Shown one piece after another: positions 19,127-28,642 of a DNA stretch of 64,000 bases (the first letter of the stretch is position 1; every line of letters starts with the position of its first letter). The position numbers and the translations under genes are program-made. Origin of the DNA: Capsulimonadaceae bacterium (GTDB taxonomy: Bacteria > Armatimonadota > Armatimonadia > Armatimonadales > Capsulimonadaceae); contig OZ244065.1 in assembly GCA_965215505.1 (NCBI GenBank), positions 2,240,001-2,304,000 of the forward strand. The letters run 5' to 3'. Below the pieces are notes generated by a model. It did no database searches and was not told where the DNA came from. It worked only from the letters and a program-made list of their open reading frames with translations.

Positions 19127-21070
19127 TTACCGTCCGAACTTCCGGTCGAGGTCGACGTTGGGCAGCTCGACGATGATGGGCCTGCCGTGGGGGCAGGTGT
19201 AGGGGTTTTCGGACCGCAGCAGGTCGGCGACGAGGGCGTTCATCTCGTCGAAGGAGAGCGGGTCGCCGGCCTTGACCGCCATCTTGCAGGAGGCGGTAAT
19301 CAGGACCTCCTCGGCGGGCAGCAGCAGGCGGCGGGAGACGGACTTTTCGACCAGCTCGTCCACGATCTCGCGCAGGACCTCCTCGGGTCCCCCCTGCGCC
19401 TTCAGGTGCTTCTGGGCGACCGAGGCGGGCACGGAGCGGACGACGAACGAGTCGCCGCCAAACGGCTCCAGGTCGAAGCCGGCCCGGTGCAGGTCTTCCA
19501 GGCGCTTCTCGATGACAAGCGCCTCGCGGCGCGACAGCTCCAGCGTGAACGGCATCATCAGCCGTTGTGTGGGGACGCCCCCGCCCGCGCCTTCGGCCCC
19601 GGCCAGCAGCTTCTCGTACAGGACACGCTCGTGGGCGATGTGCTGGTCAATCAGGACCAGGGCGTCGTCGGTCTGGGCGAGGATGTACATGTTGCGCGTC
19701 TGGGCAAGGACACGCAGGGTGGACAGGTCGTGGCCCCGGTAGTCGGCGCCGGTAGCGGCCACCGGTTCCGGGGCGGCCTGGACTGGCATGGGGGCACTGC
19801 TCCCCCCCTCAAATGGGTCTTCGTCCATCGCCTGGCGGGCGCGCTCCTGGTAGGCATCGTGGAAGGCGGTCATGTCGCGCGGCTCCTGGCGCGTGTTCCC
19901 GGCAGGGCGGGAGGGCACGGCCAGCAAGGTCGGGTGTTCGCGCTCGATGCGCTCGCGGGGGGACTCGCGCGGGGAGGGCGCGGCAAGAGAAGAGGGCGCG
20001 GCAAGCGGCACCCCGACGTCTTCACGAGAAGAACGCGGGTTCATCTTCTGCGTGATCGTAGGGACCAGGCCGCCGGCCATCAGCGCCTCGCCGACGGCCT
20101 TATAGACGGCGGCGTAGATGTCGCCCTCGCGGGTGAAACGCACCTCGGTCTTGGTCGGCGAGACGTTGACGTCCACCTGCGACGGGTCCACGTCAATCAT
20201 CACGACGGCGGCCGGGTAGCGCGTCCCGTGGAGGGTCTGGACGCTCTTGTAGGCTTCGTCGAGGGCGCGCGTGACGGCCTTGTTGCGGACGAACCGGGTG
20301 TTGACAAACGTATGCTGAGCCGACCTTGACGTCTTCAAGGCGGCCGGCGTTCCGATGAAGCCCGTCACGCGCAGGCCCGCCGCGTCGTGGTTCAGGGGGA
20401 CGAGGTGCCGGGCCGTCTCGCGCCCGAAGACGTGGACGCAGGCGTCCATCTGCGACCCACCGCCCCCCGACGCGAAGACCTCGCCGCCGCTGTGGAGCAG
20501 GCGGAAGGAGACATCGGGCCGGGCCAGGGCGAACCGCTGCATCAGCTCGACGATGTGGCTGAGTTCGGTGGACGATGATTTCAAGAACTTGAGCCGGGCG
20601 GGGACGTTGTAGAACAGGTTCTCGACCGTGATGCTGGTGCCGGTTCGTGCGCCGACCTCGGAGACTTCCTCCAAATTGCCGCCCGAACACCGGATCTGCA
20701 CCCCCGCGCCCTCATCGTCCCCGGCGGCCTTGGTCACGACGGTCATCTGCGAGACGGAGGCGATGGACGGCAGGGCCTCGCCCCGGAAGCCCATGGTCGT
20801 GATCTGGAACAGGTCGTCCGCCGAGCGTATCTTGGAGGTCGCGTGGCGCTGGAGCGACAGCACGGCGTCCTCGCGGCTCATGCCGCTGCCGTCGTCGGTG
20901 ACGCGCAACAAGTACTTGCCGCCCTCTTCGAGTTCGACCAGGATGCGCCGCGCCCCGGCATCCAGGGCGTTCTCCACCAGCTCCTTGACGGCGGCGGCGG
21001 GCCTCTCGACGACCTCGCCCGCCGCGATCTGGTTGGCGGTATTCTCGTCTAGTATCTGTACTTTACTCAT
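19127..21070 (-). CDS. mutL: DNA mismatch repair endonuclease MutL
   Basis: IAAGEVVERP, GFRGEALPSI, DQHIAHER and CPHGRP motifs. Confidence 0.98.
   Translation of the reverse strand: MSKVQILDENTANQIAAGEVVERPAAAVKELVENALDAGARRILVELEEGGKYLLRVTDDGSGMSREDAVLSLQRHATSKIRSADDLFQITTMGFRGEALPSIASVSQMTVVTKAAGDDEGAGVQIRCSGGNLEEVSEVGARTGTSITVENLFYNVPARLKFLKSSSTELSHIVELMQRFALARPDVSFRLLHSGGEVFASGGGGSQMDACVHVFGRETARHLVPLNHDAAGLRVTGFIGTPAALKTSRSAQHTFVNTRFVRNKAVTRALDEAYKSVQTLHGTRYPAAVVMIDVDPSQVDVNVSPTKTEVRFTREGDIYAAVYKAVGEALMAGGLVPTITQKMNPRSSREDVGVPLAAPSSLAAPSPRESPRERIEREHPTLLAVPSRPAGNTRQEPRDMTAFHDAYQERARQAMDEDPFEGGSSAPMPVQAAPEPVAATGADYRGHDLSTLRVLAQTRNMYILAQTDDALVLIDQHIAHERVLYEKLLAGAEGAGGGVPTQRLMMPFTLELSRREALVIEKRLEDLHRAGFDLEPFGGDSFVVRSVPASVAQKHLKAQGGPEEVLREIVDELVEKSVSRRLLLPAEEVLITASCKMAVKAGDPLSFDEMNALVADLLRSENPYTCPHGRPIIVELPNVDLDRKFGR
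19993..20017 (-). repeat. REP family A copy inside the mutL linker
   Basis: 24/25 identical to intergenic 62721-62745. Confidence 0.85.
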
Positions 21071-21112
21071 ATGTGAACCCTACTCATGGGTGTTACCAGG
21101 GGCACCACCCGA

Positions 21113-21229
21113 GTGCCGGGGCTATAGAAAGCCCCGGCAATAACCCGCCCTTCGGGCGAAGAGGGACCCAGCCAGGAGTCCCTGGTCCGAAGGACATTTC
21201 CTTGCCGGGGCTTTCTACAGGCCCGGCAC
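21113..21229. repeat. MITE/REP-doublet-like element (family C)
   Basis: 28-bp terminal inverted repeats (21113-21140 / 21202-21229, 2 mismatches), each self-palindromic, with internal tetraloop hairpins. Confidence 0.8.
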
Positions 21230-21239
21230 ACAGCCTCAG

Positions 21240-22361
21240 TCACTCACTCGCGCTGCTTCCTTCAGTCCCCCGCGCCGTCTCGCCCAGGATATAGTCTACG
21301 ACGGCCTCCATGCGGTTCGTTTCCGCGAAGACCGCGCGCTGTCGCATGGCCCCGTTGCCCCCGCGCAGGACCTCCGCCGTCAGCGCCGAGACCTCGTCCC
21401 AGTCGCCGGCTTCTTCCAAGGCGGGCCGCACGAATGTCAGCAAGGACTGAACAAGATTAGCGGCGGGGACGGAGCGGCCCGCCTCGATGTCGATCAGCTC
21501 ACCTTCCAGCCCGTAGCGGGCCGCCCGCCAGTGGGCCGCGCGGAGCAGTTCGGGCCGGGCTGGCTCAAACTGCCCGTCTCGCTGATCGTAACACATCCGG
21601 GCGAGGGCGCGGACCAGCCCAGCGAGCAGAACGGCCTCGTCCACGCGCAGGCAGACGTCGGCGACGCGGAACTCGACGGTGGGCGTCTTCTCGGGCAGAC
21701 GGATATCCCAGTAGATCTTGCTGGCATCGCTGATGCTGCCCGTCGCTACCAACGCCTGCACCAAGGCGTCGTGCTCGGCGCGCGAGGAGAACGGCAGGGG
21801 CGGTCCGGCCAGTGGCCAGCGCACCCAGAGTTCCGTGCGGTAGCTGGCATAGCCGGTGTCCACGCCCTCCCAGAAGGGCGAGTTGGCGCAGAGGGCCACC
21901 AGGGGCGCGAGCCACTGCCGGGCGCGGTTCATCACGGCCACGCCCGCTTCGGGGTCGGGCAGGCCGACGTGGACATGGCAGCCGAAGATGACGAGTTCTT
22001 TGGCGAGCTGCCCGTACTGCTCGGCCATGCTCTCGTAGCGCTCCTTGGGCGTGATCGGCTGCTCGTCGCTGCCGGAGAACGGATGTGTCCCCGCCGCCCC
22101 GATTTGGTGGCCGTCCTTCGCGGCGGCATCCAGCAGCGCCCGCCGCGCCCGGATCACCTCGGCGCGGACCTCAGCCAAAGTCGCGCAAACCGGCGTCGCC
22201 ATCTCGATCTGCGAGGCGTGGAACTCGGGCTGCGCGTTCTCGCCCAGCACGTTTTCCGCCTGTGGCAAGACCTGCGCGACGCGGGGCCGCAGCCGCCGCG
22301 TGTGCGGGTCTATGATCTGGTATTCTTCTTCGACGCCGAGTGTGAAGTCTTGCGTGGGCAT
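21240..22361 (-). CDS. ybdK: Carboxylate-amine ligase (YbdK/GCS2)
   Basis: TLGVEEEYQ, FGCHVHVG, ANSPFW, YWDIR and VEFRVAD motifs. Confidence 0.92.
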   Translation of the reverse strand: MPTQDFTLGVEEEYQIIDPHTRRLRPRVAQVLPQAENVLGENAQPEFHASQIEMATPVCATLAEVRAEVIRARRALLDAAAKDGHQIGAAGTHPFSGSDEQPITPKERYESMAEQYGQLAKELVIFGCHVHVGLPDPEAGVAVMNRARQWLAPLVALCANSPFWEGVDTGYASYRTELWVRWPLAGPPLPFSSRAEHDALVQALVATGSISDASKIYWDIRLPEKTPTVEFRVADVCLRVDEAVLLAGLVRALARMCYDQRDGQFEPARPELLRAAHWRAARYGLEGELIDIEAGRSVPAANLVQSLLTFVRPALEEAGDWDEVSALTAEVLRGGNGAMRQRAVFAETNRMEAVVDYILGETARGTEGSSASE

Positions 22362-22384
22362 GGTCTGTTTCTCTCCGAGGGCGC

Positions 22385-22804
22385 TTACCGGATGAACAGG
22401 ATGGGGCATAGGCCGAGCGGGACGAGCGCGTTCATCTCGTGATGGTCCGAAGTGACCACCTCTCCACTCAGGCGCATCGCCAGTGCTACACAGAAGCAGT
22501 CGCCCAAGGAAAGCGTGTGCGCCCGCTTGAGCTTGCCGACCTCACGCCAGAATGCTCCGTCCATGTCTTCACGGATAGCGACCTTCAACCCTATGATAGT
22601 TGCCACGGCACTTTCCGCCGTCGCCTCATCGTTCTGACGCAGGAAGTGGTAGTACATCTCGCACAGGTTGACCGCGTGGGCGGCCTTCTGCTTCCCGGCG
22701 TCGGTCAGCACATCTTCGACCACTTCTGACCCAGGCTCGCCTTGCAGGAACGCGATGAGGGCGCTGGCATCCAGCACAGAATAGGTCTGCGGCGAGTTCA
22801 CCAA
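22385..22804 (-). CDS. vapC: VapC PIN-domain toxin
   Basis: VLDASALIA, VNLCE, LSLGDCFCVALA and VTSD motifs. Confidence 0.9.
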   Translation of the reverse strand: MVNSPQTYSVLDASALIAFLQGEPGSEVVEDVLTDAGKQKAAHAVNLCEMYYHFLRQNDEATAESAVATIIGLKVAIREDMDGAFWREVGKLKRAHTLSLGDCFCVALAMRLSGEVVTSDHHEMNALVPLGLCPILFIR

Positions 22805-23058
22805 TGGCGTTCCTCCAGCAACTTCTCATAGACCTTGTTCCGCATGAACTCGTAGCTGCCGCCGCTGATGTGCGAGAACATCCCGCGCGCCGCCTTGACA
22901 CGCGCGCGCAGTTCCTCCTCTTCCTGCTGCTCATCACTCAGCAGAGCCGTTGACTTCTCTCTCACCGCCTCTTCCGCCAGTTTGTCCGGCGTCGTCCCCT
23001 GCCGCGCCGCCGCCTCCTGCAATGCTTTCCCCGTCTCCGGGCTGAGTGTGATCGTCAT
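22798..23058 (-). CDS. Putative antitoxin (RHH-like N-terminus)
   Basis: MTITLSPE...LQEAAARQGTT; 86 aa; overlaps the vapC start. Confidence 0.75.
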   Translation of the reverse strand: MTITLSPETGKALQEAAARQGTTPDKLAEEAVREKSTALLSDEQQEEEELRARVKAARGMFSHISGGSYEFMRNKVYEKLLEERHW

Positions 23059-23450
23059 GGCCGCCTCGTCCTTTCCATCGCGACTTCGGAAACCGCGAAA
23101 CCCATCTTCCGCCAGAAGCCCTCGCTGCCGTGCCCGGCCCGCAGGACCCAGGTGATCTCGGGGGCGTCCCCCATCAGGTGCCGGACCAACTCGCGTCCGA
23201 TCCCCTGCCCCCGCCGCTCCTCGGCCACGGCGACCATGGACAGGTAGCCGTTGGAGACGCCGTCGCACAAGGCGCGCGCGAAGCCGACCACCCGGCCCTC
23301 CTCCCAGGCAACGACGGTGCGGTCCGCTCCCTGCATCATCCGCGCGAACCGGTCGGGGTCGGCGACGCGGTGCGCCCAGCCATTTTCGGAGAGGAAGCTA
23401 CGAACGGCTTCATGGTCCTGTGGAATGACGGGGCGGTAGTCCAGGGTCAT
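23055..23450 (-). CDS. GNAT N-acetyltransferase
   Basis: VAVAEERRGQGIG and FWRKMGF motifs. Confidence 0.92.
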   Translation of the reverse strand: MTLDYRPVIPQDHEAVRSFLSENGWAHRVADPDRFARMMQGADRTVVAWEEGRVVGFARALCDGVSNGYLSMVAVAEERRGQGIGRELVRHLMGDAPEITWVLRAGHGSEGFWRKMGFAVSEVAMERTRRP

Positions 23451-23567
23451 CTTCGGGGTGCCTTGCGCTTGTCAATGAGCGAGTGAACGCTTTGCCGGCG
23501 AGGGCTTCGGCGAGCCTCGGCGCGAACGGGAGGTCTGTCGGGGCCATCGGTTCTTCTCATCCGCCCT

Positions 23568-24269
23568 CTACTCCTTCAACCCGTAGAAGCCTAAACGCTG
23601 TCCGACACACTCGTCGGCGACCCCGAACGGATTTACTTGGCGAGTCAGACGCCAGGCCCGAATCGTGAGGGCGTCCATGTCATTGGAGACGTCCAAGATG
23701 ACCGGCACGGGGCGGCCACAGACCTGCTGCACGACCCCGGCATCGTGCAGGCGGCGGACGACTCCGGCGCAGGCATCTACAAAGGCCTGGCCGTTTTTGC
23801 TCAGTCTTTCGCGGAAGGCGTCATACTGCTGGGCATCTTCCGGGGTGAAGAGGGGGAAGCCGGGCCGGCCGCTGCCGCCCTTCTTGCGGTACAGGTGCTT
23901 CCAGAAGTGATCGCTCTCCGTGTCCGTGATGAACAGCGACAGGTCGGCAAAATGCTTGTCCCGAAGATCAACGCCGAGGGGGTCGGCGCGGCCCTCGTTC
24001 CCCCACTCTTCAACGACAGGCTCACACAGGGAGAAGGAGGCGCAGTGTTGGTGTTCGGAGGTCTCCCACTTGTCCCGGCCCGTGCCGCCTCCGCTCTGCC
24101 AGTGCCGCAGGGTGTTGTAGCAGGGGCCGCTCAACATCCCTTGGCGCATGTCATCATCCACAAAGGCGATGTGCAGGGTGATGAGATAGATGTCGCATGC
24201 CTCCAGCGGCTCCCAGGAGCGCATCTCCTGCGAGACCTTTTGGTACAGATGTTCTTCCAGCCCGCTCAT
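23568..24269 (-). CDS. Hypothetical protein
   Basis: 233-aa ORF starting just after the hisG stop. Confidence 0.65.
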   Translation of the reverse strand: MSGLEEHLYQKVSQEMRSWEPLEACDIYLITLHIAFVDDDMRQGMLSGPCYNTLRHWQSGGGTGRDKWETSEHQHCASFSLCEPVVEEWGNEGRADPLGVDLRDKHFADLSLFITDTESDHFWKHLYRKKGGSGRPGFPLFTPEDAQQYDAFRERLSKNGQAFVDACAGVVRRLHDAGVVQQVCGRPVPVILDVSNDMDALTIRAWRLTRQVNPFGVADECVGQRLGFYGLKE

Positions 24270-24270
24270 C

Positions 24271-25146
24271 TCAGTAGATCACCTTGTTCAAAGGGTACTC
24301 CACAAGCCCCTGCGCGCCCGCGCGGCGCAGTTCGGGGAGGATGTGGCGGACGGTCTTTTCGGGGATGATCGTTTCTAAGGCGACCCAGTCTTCTTCATCC
24401 AGCGGCGAGACGGTCGGCTTGCGGAGGGAGGAGAGCAGGCGGACGACGGCGTCCAGGTTCTCCTTGGCGACGTTCATTTTCAGGCCGACCAGGCTGTCGG
24501 CGTCCAGCGCGCCTTGCAGGAGGAGCTGCAAGTTCTCGACCTTGGTGCGCTTCCAGTCGTCCTCCCAGGAGCGGTGGTTGGCGATCAGGCGGGTCGTGCT
24601 TTCGAGCAGGGTGTCCACGATCTTCAGCCCGTGGGCGGCCAGGGTGCTGCCGGTTTCCGTCCCTTCGACGATGGCGTCCACGAGGTCGGGGACCTTGACC
24701 TCGGTGGCCCCCCAGCTAAACTCGACATGGGCGGTGACGCCGTGCTTTTCGAGGTAGCGGCGGGTGACGTTGACAAGCTCGGTGGCGATGCGCTTGCCTT
24801 GCAGGTCGCGCGGGCCGGCGATGTCGGAATCGTTGGGCACGGCCAGCACCCAGCGGTAGGGGCGCGAGGTGGCCTTGGAGTAGATGAGTTCCGAGACCTC
24901 ATACACGTCGGCCTCGGACTCGACGACGTTGTCGTGCCCGGTCAGGCCGCAGTCCAGGACGCCCATCGCGACGTAGCGGGGGATCTCCTGGGCGCGCAGC
25001 AGGACGGGGTCCAGCTCGTCGTCGTCCACGACGGGCTGGTAGGAGCGGGCGGAGACGCGGAAGTCCCAGCCGGCCTTCTTGAACAGGGCGAAGGTCGCGT
25101 CTTGCAGGCTGCCTTTGGGCACGCCGATCCGTAGTTTCTGGGTCAC
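24271..25146 (-). CDS. hisG: ATP phosphoribosyltransferase (long form)
   Basis: PKGSL, RAQEIP, SWGATE, TETGSTL motifs and C-terminal regulatory domain. Confidence 0.97.
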   Translation of the reverse strand: MTQKLRIGVPKGSLQDATFALFKKAGWDFRVSARSYQPVVDDDELDPVLLRAQEIPRYVAMGVLDCGLTGHDNVVESEADVYEVSELIYSKATSRPYRWVLAVPNDSDIAGPRDLQGKRIATELVNVTRRYLEKHGVTAHVEFSWGATEVKVPDLVDAIVEGTETGSTLAAHGLKIVDTLLESTTRLIANHRSWEDDWKRTKVENLQLLLQGALDADSLVGLKMNVAKENLDAVVRLLSSLRKPTVSPLDEEDWVALETIIPEKTVRHILPELRRAGAQGLVEYPLNKVIY

Positions 25147-25399
25147 AGTATCTTTTCCTCAGCGAAGCGTTGGTAGATCGTTCTACCGAACATGGGTTTC
25201 TGTCATTCAGTATGACGAATCGGACGGGGACAAGTCAACCGCGCGCCCGGCACGGTGGTTTTTTGAGGCAAACAAGAAACATACGCCGTACATGGTGAGG
25301 CGGGTTGGATAGACGGAGCAGGCTATTCTCTAGAAAACGACGGCTTCCAGCAGGCGATATCTGCTGGATTCACGGCAACAGCTTTCAGCGTCATGTGCC

Positions 25400-25428
25400 T
25401 TGACATGAGGCCCTTCTCGTGATATAAT
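25400..25428 (+). promoter_or_regulatory. Consensus sigma70 promoter
   Basis: TTGACA-17-TATAAT with extended TG. Confidence 0.85.
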
Positions 25429-25434
25429 GCTTTC

Positions 25435-25497
25435 ATATTCGCGCAGACGAACACTCTGCAAACCGGAAGCGAGAGCCAGTGCGGCTCCCGCTTTTTG
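25435..25497 (+). ncRNA. Candidate sRNA or attenuating leader
   Basis: Follows the promoter; small hairpin GCAGA/TCTGC; terminator stem 25467-25493 plus T-run. Confidence 0.45.
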
Positions 25498-25526
25498 TCG
25501 TTTTGAAGGACGATTAGGAACCCCCC

Positions 25527-26399
25527 ATGCGCGTCCTTCTGCTCATCCTCTGTCTTCTGCTGGGAGTATTTCCGATGACATCATCCGCCGACGCCGCGCC
25601 CCGCCCGCCGGAGACGCTGGCACAGGGCCTCAAGTTCCCCGAGGGGCCGACGCTCTCCGCCGACGGCGGGACTTTGTACGCCGTCAACGTCCAGAGCGCG
25701 GCGATCTCGCGGCTGGACCTGAAGACGAGGGCGTTCCTCTACGACTGGGTGACGCTGCCCGAGGGCGGGCGCGGCAACGGCATGACCCTGGGGCCGGACG
25801 GGGCTTTGTATGTGGCCGACGTGGGTCGCAAACTGATCGCCCGGATCTCGCTGCCGGATGGGAAGGTCACGACAGTCGTGGACAAGGCCCCCGGCGGCGG
25901 GGCCTTTCGAGGGCCGAACGATCTAATCTTCGACAAAGAGGGCGGCATTTACTTCACCGACCCGGACGGAAGCTGGGACAAACCCATCGCTTCCGTCTAC
26001 CACGTCGCTCCCAGGACGCATGCCGTTTCCGTCGTCGCCGACGGGATGCAGTTCCCGAATGGGCTGGCGCTGTCGGCGGACGAGAAGACGCTCTTCGTGG
26101 CCGAGTCGCCGCTGCACCGGATCACGGCAATCACGCTGGCGGGCGGCGCAAAGCGCGTCTTCTGCGTGACGGGGACGGTGGGAGGCGGGGACGGGATGCG
26201 CTTGGGCCGTGACGGCTTCCTGTATGCGGCGATCTACGGCGAGGGCGTGATCGCCAAGATTTCGCCGGCGGGCGAGGTCGTCCATCGGTACGCAATTCAG
26301 GTGGGTCAGCACTGCACCAACCTGTGCTTCGCCCCGGACCAAAGATCGCTGTTTGTGACCGAGACGGACACGAACACGGTCGTTCAGTTGAGGCTCTGA
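25527..26399 (+). CDS. SMP-30/gluconolactonase family protein, secreted
   Basis: FPEGP, GPND, FPNG, GDG and CTNLCF motifs; signal peptide. Confidence 0.92.
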   Translation: MRVLLLILCLLLGVFPMTSSADAAPRPPETLAQGLKFPEGPTLSADGGTLYAVNVQSAAISRLDLKTRAFLYDWVTLPEGGRGNGMTLGPDGALYVADVGRKLIARISLPDGKVTTVVDKAPGGGAFRGPNDLIFDKEGGIYFTDPDGSWDKPIASVYHVAPRTHAVSVVADGMQFPNGLALSADEKTLFVAESPLHRITAITLAGGAKRVFCVTGTVGGGDGMRLGRDGFLYAAIYGEGVIAKISPAGEVVHRYAIQVGQHCTNLCFAPDQRSLFVTETDTNTVVQLRL

Positions 26400-26402
26400 G
26401 AC

Positions 26403-27347
26403 ATGGAAGACCGGCGGATCGTCATCGGCATGGACGGGGGCGGGACCACGACGCGCGCCGCGGCCGTGGACCTGACCGGACACACGCTGGCCTGGGTTCA
26501 GGCGGGCAGCGCTAGCCCGGACAAGTCGCGTGACGCGCGGGAGAACGTGCGGCGGGCCATCCGGGACGTGGCCGCGCAGGCGGGCCGGGAACTGCCCGAT
26601 GTCGCCGCCCTTGTGGCGGGGCTGGCGAACATAGACACGCCGGAGGATCAGGTCTGGGCCGCCGAGTTCACGGCACTGCCCGGCCTGACCTGTCCGCGCC
26701 TCCATGTCAACGACGCCGTGGTCGCCCACGCGGGCGCGCTGGAGTCGCGGCCCGGCATCATCGCCATCGCCGGGACCGGGTCCATTATCTACGGGGTGAC
26801 GGAGACGGGCCGGGCGGTCAGAGGCTACGATTTCCACTACGGACCGGCCACGCAGGCGCGCAGCCTCGCCTATGCCGTCCTTCACTGCCTGCTGGCCGGC
26901 GACGCGGGGCCGGACGACGGCGAGTTGATGGAAGCCGTTCTGGACTTCTGGCAGGTGGCCGATCTGGCGGGCCTACGCGAACTGGGCGCTCAGGGCTTCG
27001 TCTCCGACCGCTTCGAGCGCAGCCGACGCCTCGGCGAGATGGCCCCCCTGGTGACAGCGGCGGCAAGCGATGGCGTTCCGCTGGCCTGCCGCGAGTGTGA
27101 CCAGGTCGCCCGGATGCTCGGGCTGGGAATCCGTCTCGTGGGCGGCTGCTTTGAAGGCGGCTCTCTCCCCATCCCCGTTGCCCTGATCGGCGGGTTGGTT
27201 CGCAGCCCCTACATGCGGGTAGCGGCGGCGCGTGTCCTGAGCGAGAGCGCGGGCGAGCGGTATGACATTGTGGAACCCGCCGCCTCCAGCGAAGCAGGGG
27301 CGGCACGGATGGCGCTGGAGATGGTTCTGCCTAATACCCCCGCGTGA
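26403..27347 (+). CDS. BadF/BadG/BcrA/BcrD ATPase, GlcNAc kinase-like
   Basis: GMDGGGTTT, VND and IAGTGS motifs. Confidence 0.88.
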   Translation: MEDRRIVIGMDGGGTTTRAAAVDLTGHTLAWVQAGSASPDKSRDARENVRRAIRDVAAQAGRELPDVAALVAGLANIDTPEDQVWAAEFTALPGLTCPRLHVNDAVVAHAGALESRPGIIAIAGTGSIIYGVTETGRAVRGYDFHYGPATQARSLAYAVLHCLLAGDAGPDDGELMEAVLDFWQVADLAGLRELGAQGFVSDRFERSRRLGEMAPLVTAAASDGVPLACRECDQVARMLGLGIRLVGGCFEGGSLPIPVALIGGLVRSPYMRVAAARVLSESAGERYDIVEPAASSEAGAARMALEMVLPNTPA

Positions 27348-28287
27348 TGTCTACCACGTTCGTCAGGGCCTCGCCGCGCGCGAAGCGGCCCAGGTTGTCC
27401 AGGAAGATCGCCTTTTGGCGGGCGCGCAGGCCGGGGACCCAACCGGGCGAGTTGTGCGGCGCGATATGTACGTTCGGCAGGTCCCACAGCGGACTATCCT
27501 GGGGCAGCGGCTCCTGGGCGAAGACGTCCAGGCACGCGCCGCCGATCTGTCCGGCCTGCAAGGCAGTGACCAGGGCGGGTTCATCCACCAGCCCGCCGCG
27601 CGCGATGTTGATGAGCCAGGCGGTCGGCTTCATCCGGGCGAGCTGTTCCGGGCCGATCAGCGCCCGCGTCTCGCCGGTCAGGGCGGCGGCGATGACCACG
27701 AAGTCGCTTTCGGCCAGCAGCCGCGACAGTCCCTCCGGCCCCGCCAGGACCTCGTCCACTCCTTCCACCGGCCCCGAAGAGCGGCGTAGGCCCACTGTCT
27801 TCATCCCGAAAGCTTTCGTGAGCCGCGCTGTTCCCCGCCCGATCGGCCCCAGGCCGACGATGCCGACTGTTCTCCCGTGAAGTTCAAACTGCGGGACGGA
27901 TTGCCACCGGTGCTGCCGCTGGTTCTCCATCAGAGCGGGCAGGCCGCGCGCGACCAGCAGCATCCAGGCCAGGATGAACTCGGAGATGGCGATCTCGAAG
28001 GCCGGGCCGGAGTCGGTCACGGTCAGCCCCGCCTTCGCCCGCACGTCGGGCGTCAGGACGTGGTCCACGCCCGCACTAGCCGTGTGCAGCCACCGCACCG
28101 ACGGCCCCTGATGGACCATCCGCGCGAACTCCTTCCCCGCCACCCAGCGCAGCACGGCGACGGCTTCGCCCAGGCCGTCCGGCGTCGCCTCGCTCTCGGC
28201 ATAAGGCCGCAGATCGGCCTCGGGCGCGGCCTCGCGGGCGGGGCCGGTCAGTTCGTCCAGCAGGTGTTCGGGGACAAGGATGATCAT
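27331..28287 (-). CDS. D-2-hydroxyacid dehydrogenase
   Basis: SAGVD, GLGPIG, NIARG, LDVF..EPL and PH motifs. Confidence 0.93.
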   Translation of the reverse strand: MIILVPEHLLDELTGPAREAAPEADLRPYAESEATPDGLGEAVAVLRWVAGKEFARMVHQGPSVRWLHTASAGVDHVLTPDVRAKAGLTVTDSGPAFEIAISEFILAWMLLVARGLPALMENQRQHRWQSVPQFELHGRTVGIVGLGPIGRGTARLTKAFGMKTVGLRRSSGPVEGVDEVLAGPEGLSRLLAESDFVVIAAALTGETRALIGPEQLARMKPTAWLINIARGGLVDEPALVTALQAGQIGGACLDVFAQEPLPQDSPLWDLPNVHIAPHNSPGWVPGLRARQKAIFLDNLGRFARGEALTNVVDITRGY

Positions 28288-28357
28288 GGCCCCTATTATA
28301 CTCGGCTCGGGCGGAATTCCGGCAGGCACCGGCACCCCGCTGGACGCCCGCCCTTTC

Positions 28358-28387
28358 TTGACATTCCGCCCGGCGATGGGCTATAAT
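28358..28387 (+). promoter_or_regulatory. sigma70 promoter
   Basis: TTGACA-18-TATAAT. Confidence 0.75.
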
Positions 28388-28399
28388 GGCCCCAGCATC

Positions 28400-28642
28400 A
28401 TGGCCCAAGTCACCGTCTACACCAAACCCGGCTGTCACCTCTGCGAAGAGGCGGTCCGCCTCTTGCAGCGCGTCCAGAAGCAGCAGGCGTTTGAATTGCA
28501 GGAAGTCAACATCCAGGACGACCCTGCCCTGCTGGCCGAGTACGGCGAGCAGATCCCGGTGGTCACGCTGAACGGCACGTTCCTGTTCGAGTACGCCGTG
28601 GACGAGGCCCGCCTGCGCCAACTGCTGAAAGAGGTCAGTTGA
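28400..28642 (+). CDS. Glutaredoxin family protein (DUF836)
   Basis: YTKPGCHLCEEA and IPV motifs. Confidence 0.92.
   Translation: MAQVTVYTKPGCHLCEEAVRLLQRVQKQQAFELQEVNIQDDPALLAEYGEQIPVVTLNGTFLFEYAVDEARLRQLLKEVS

Noticed and set aside
25143-25193. 16-aa uORF (MFGRTIYQRFAEEKIL) overlapping the hisG GTG, as a His attenuator
   Set aside because: No His codons, no terminator and no clear SD.
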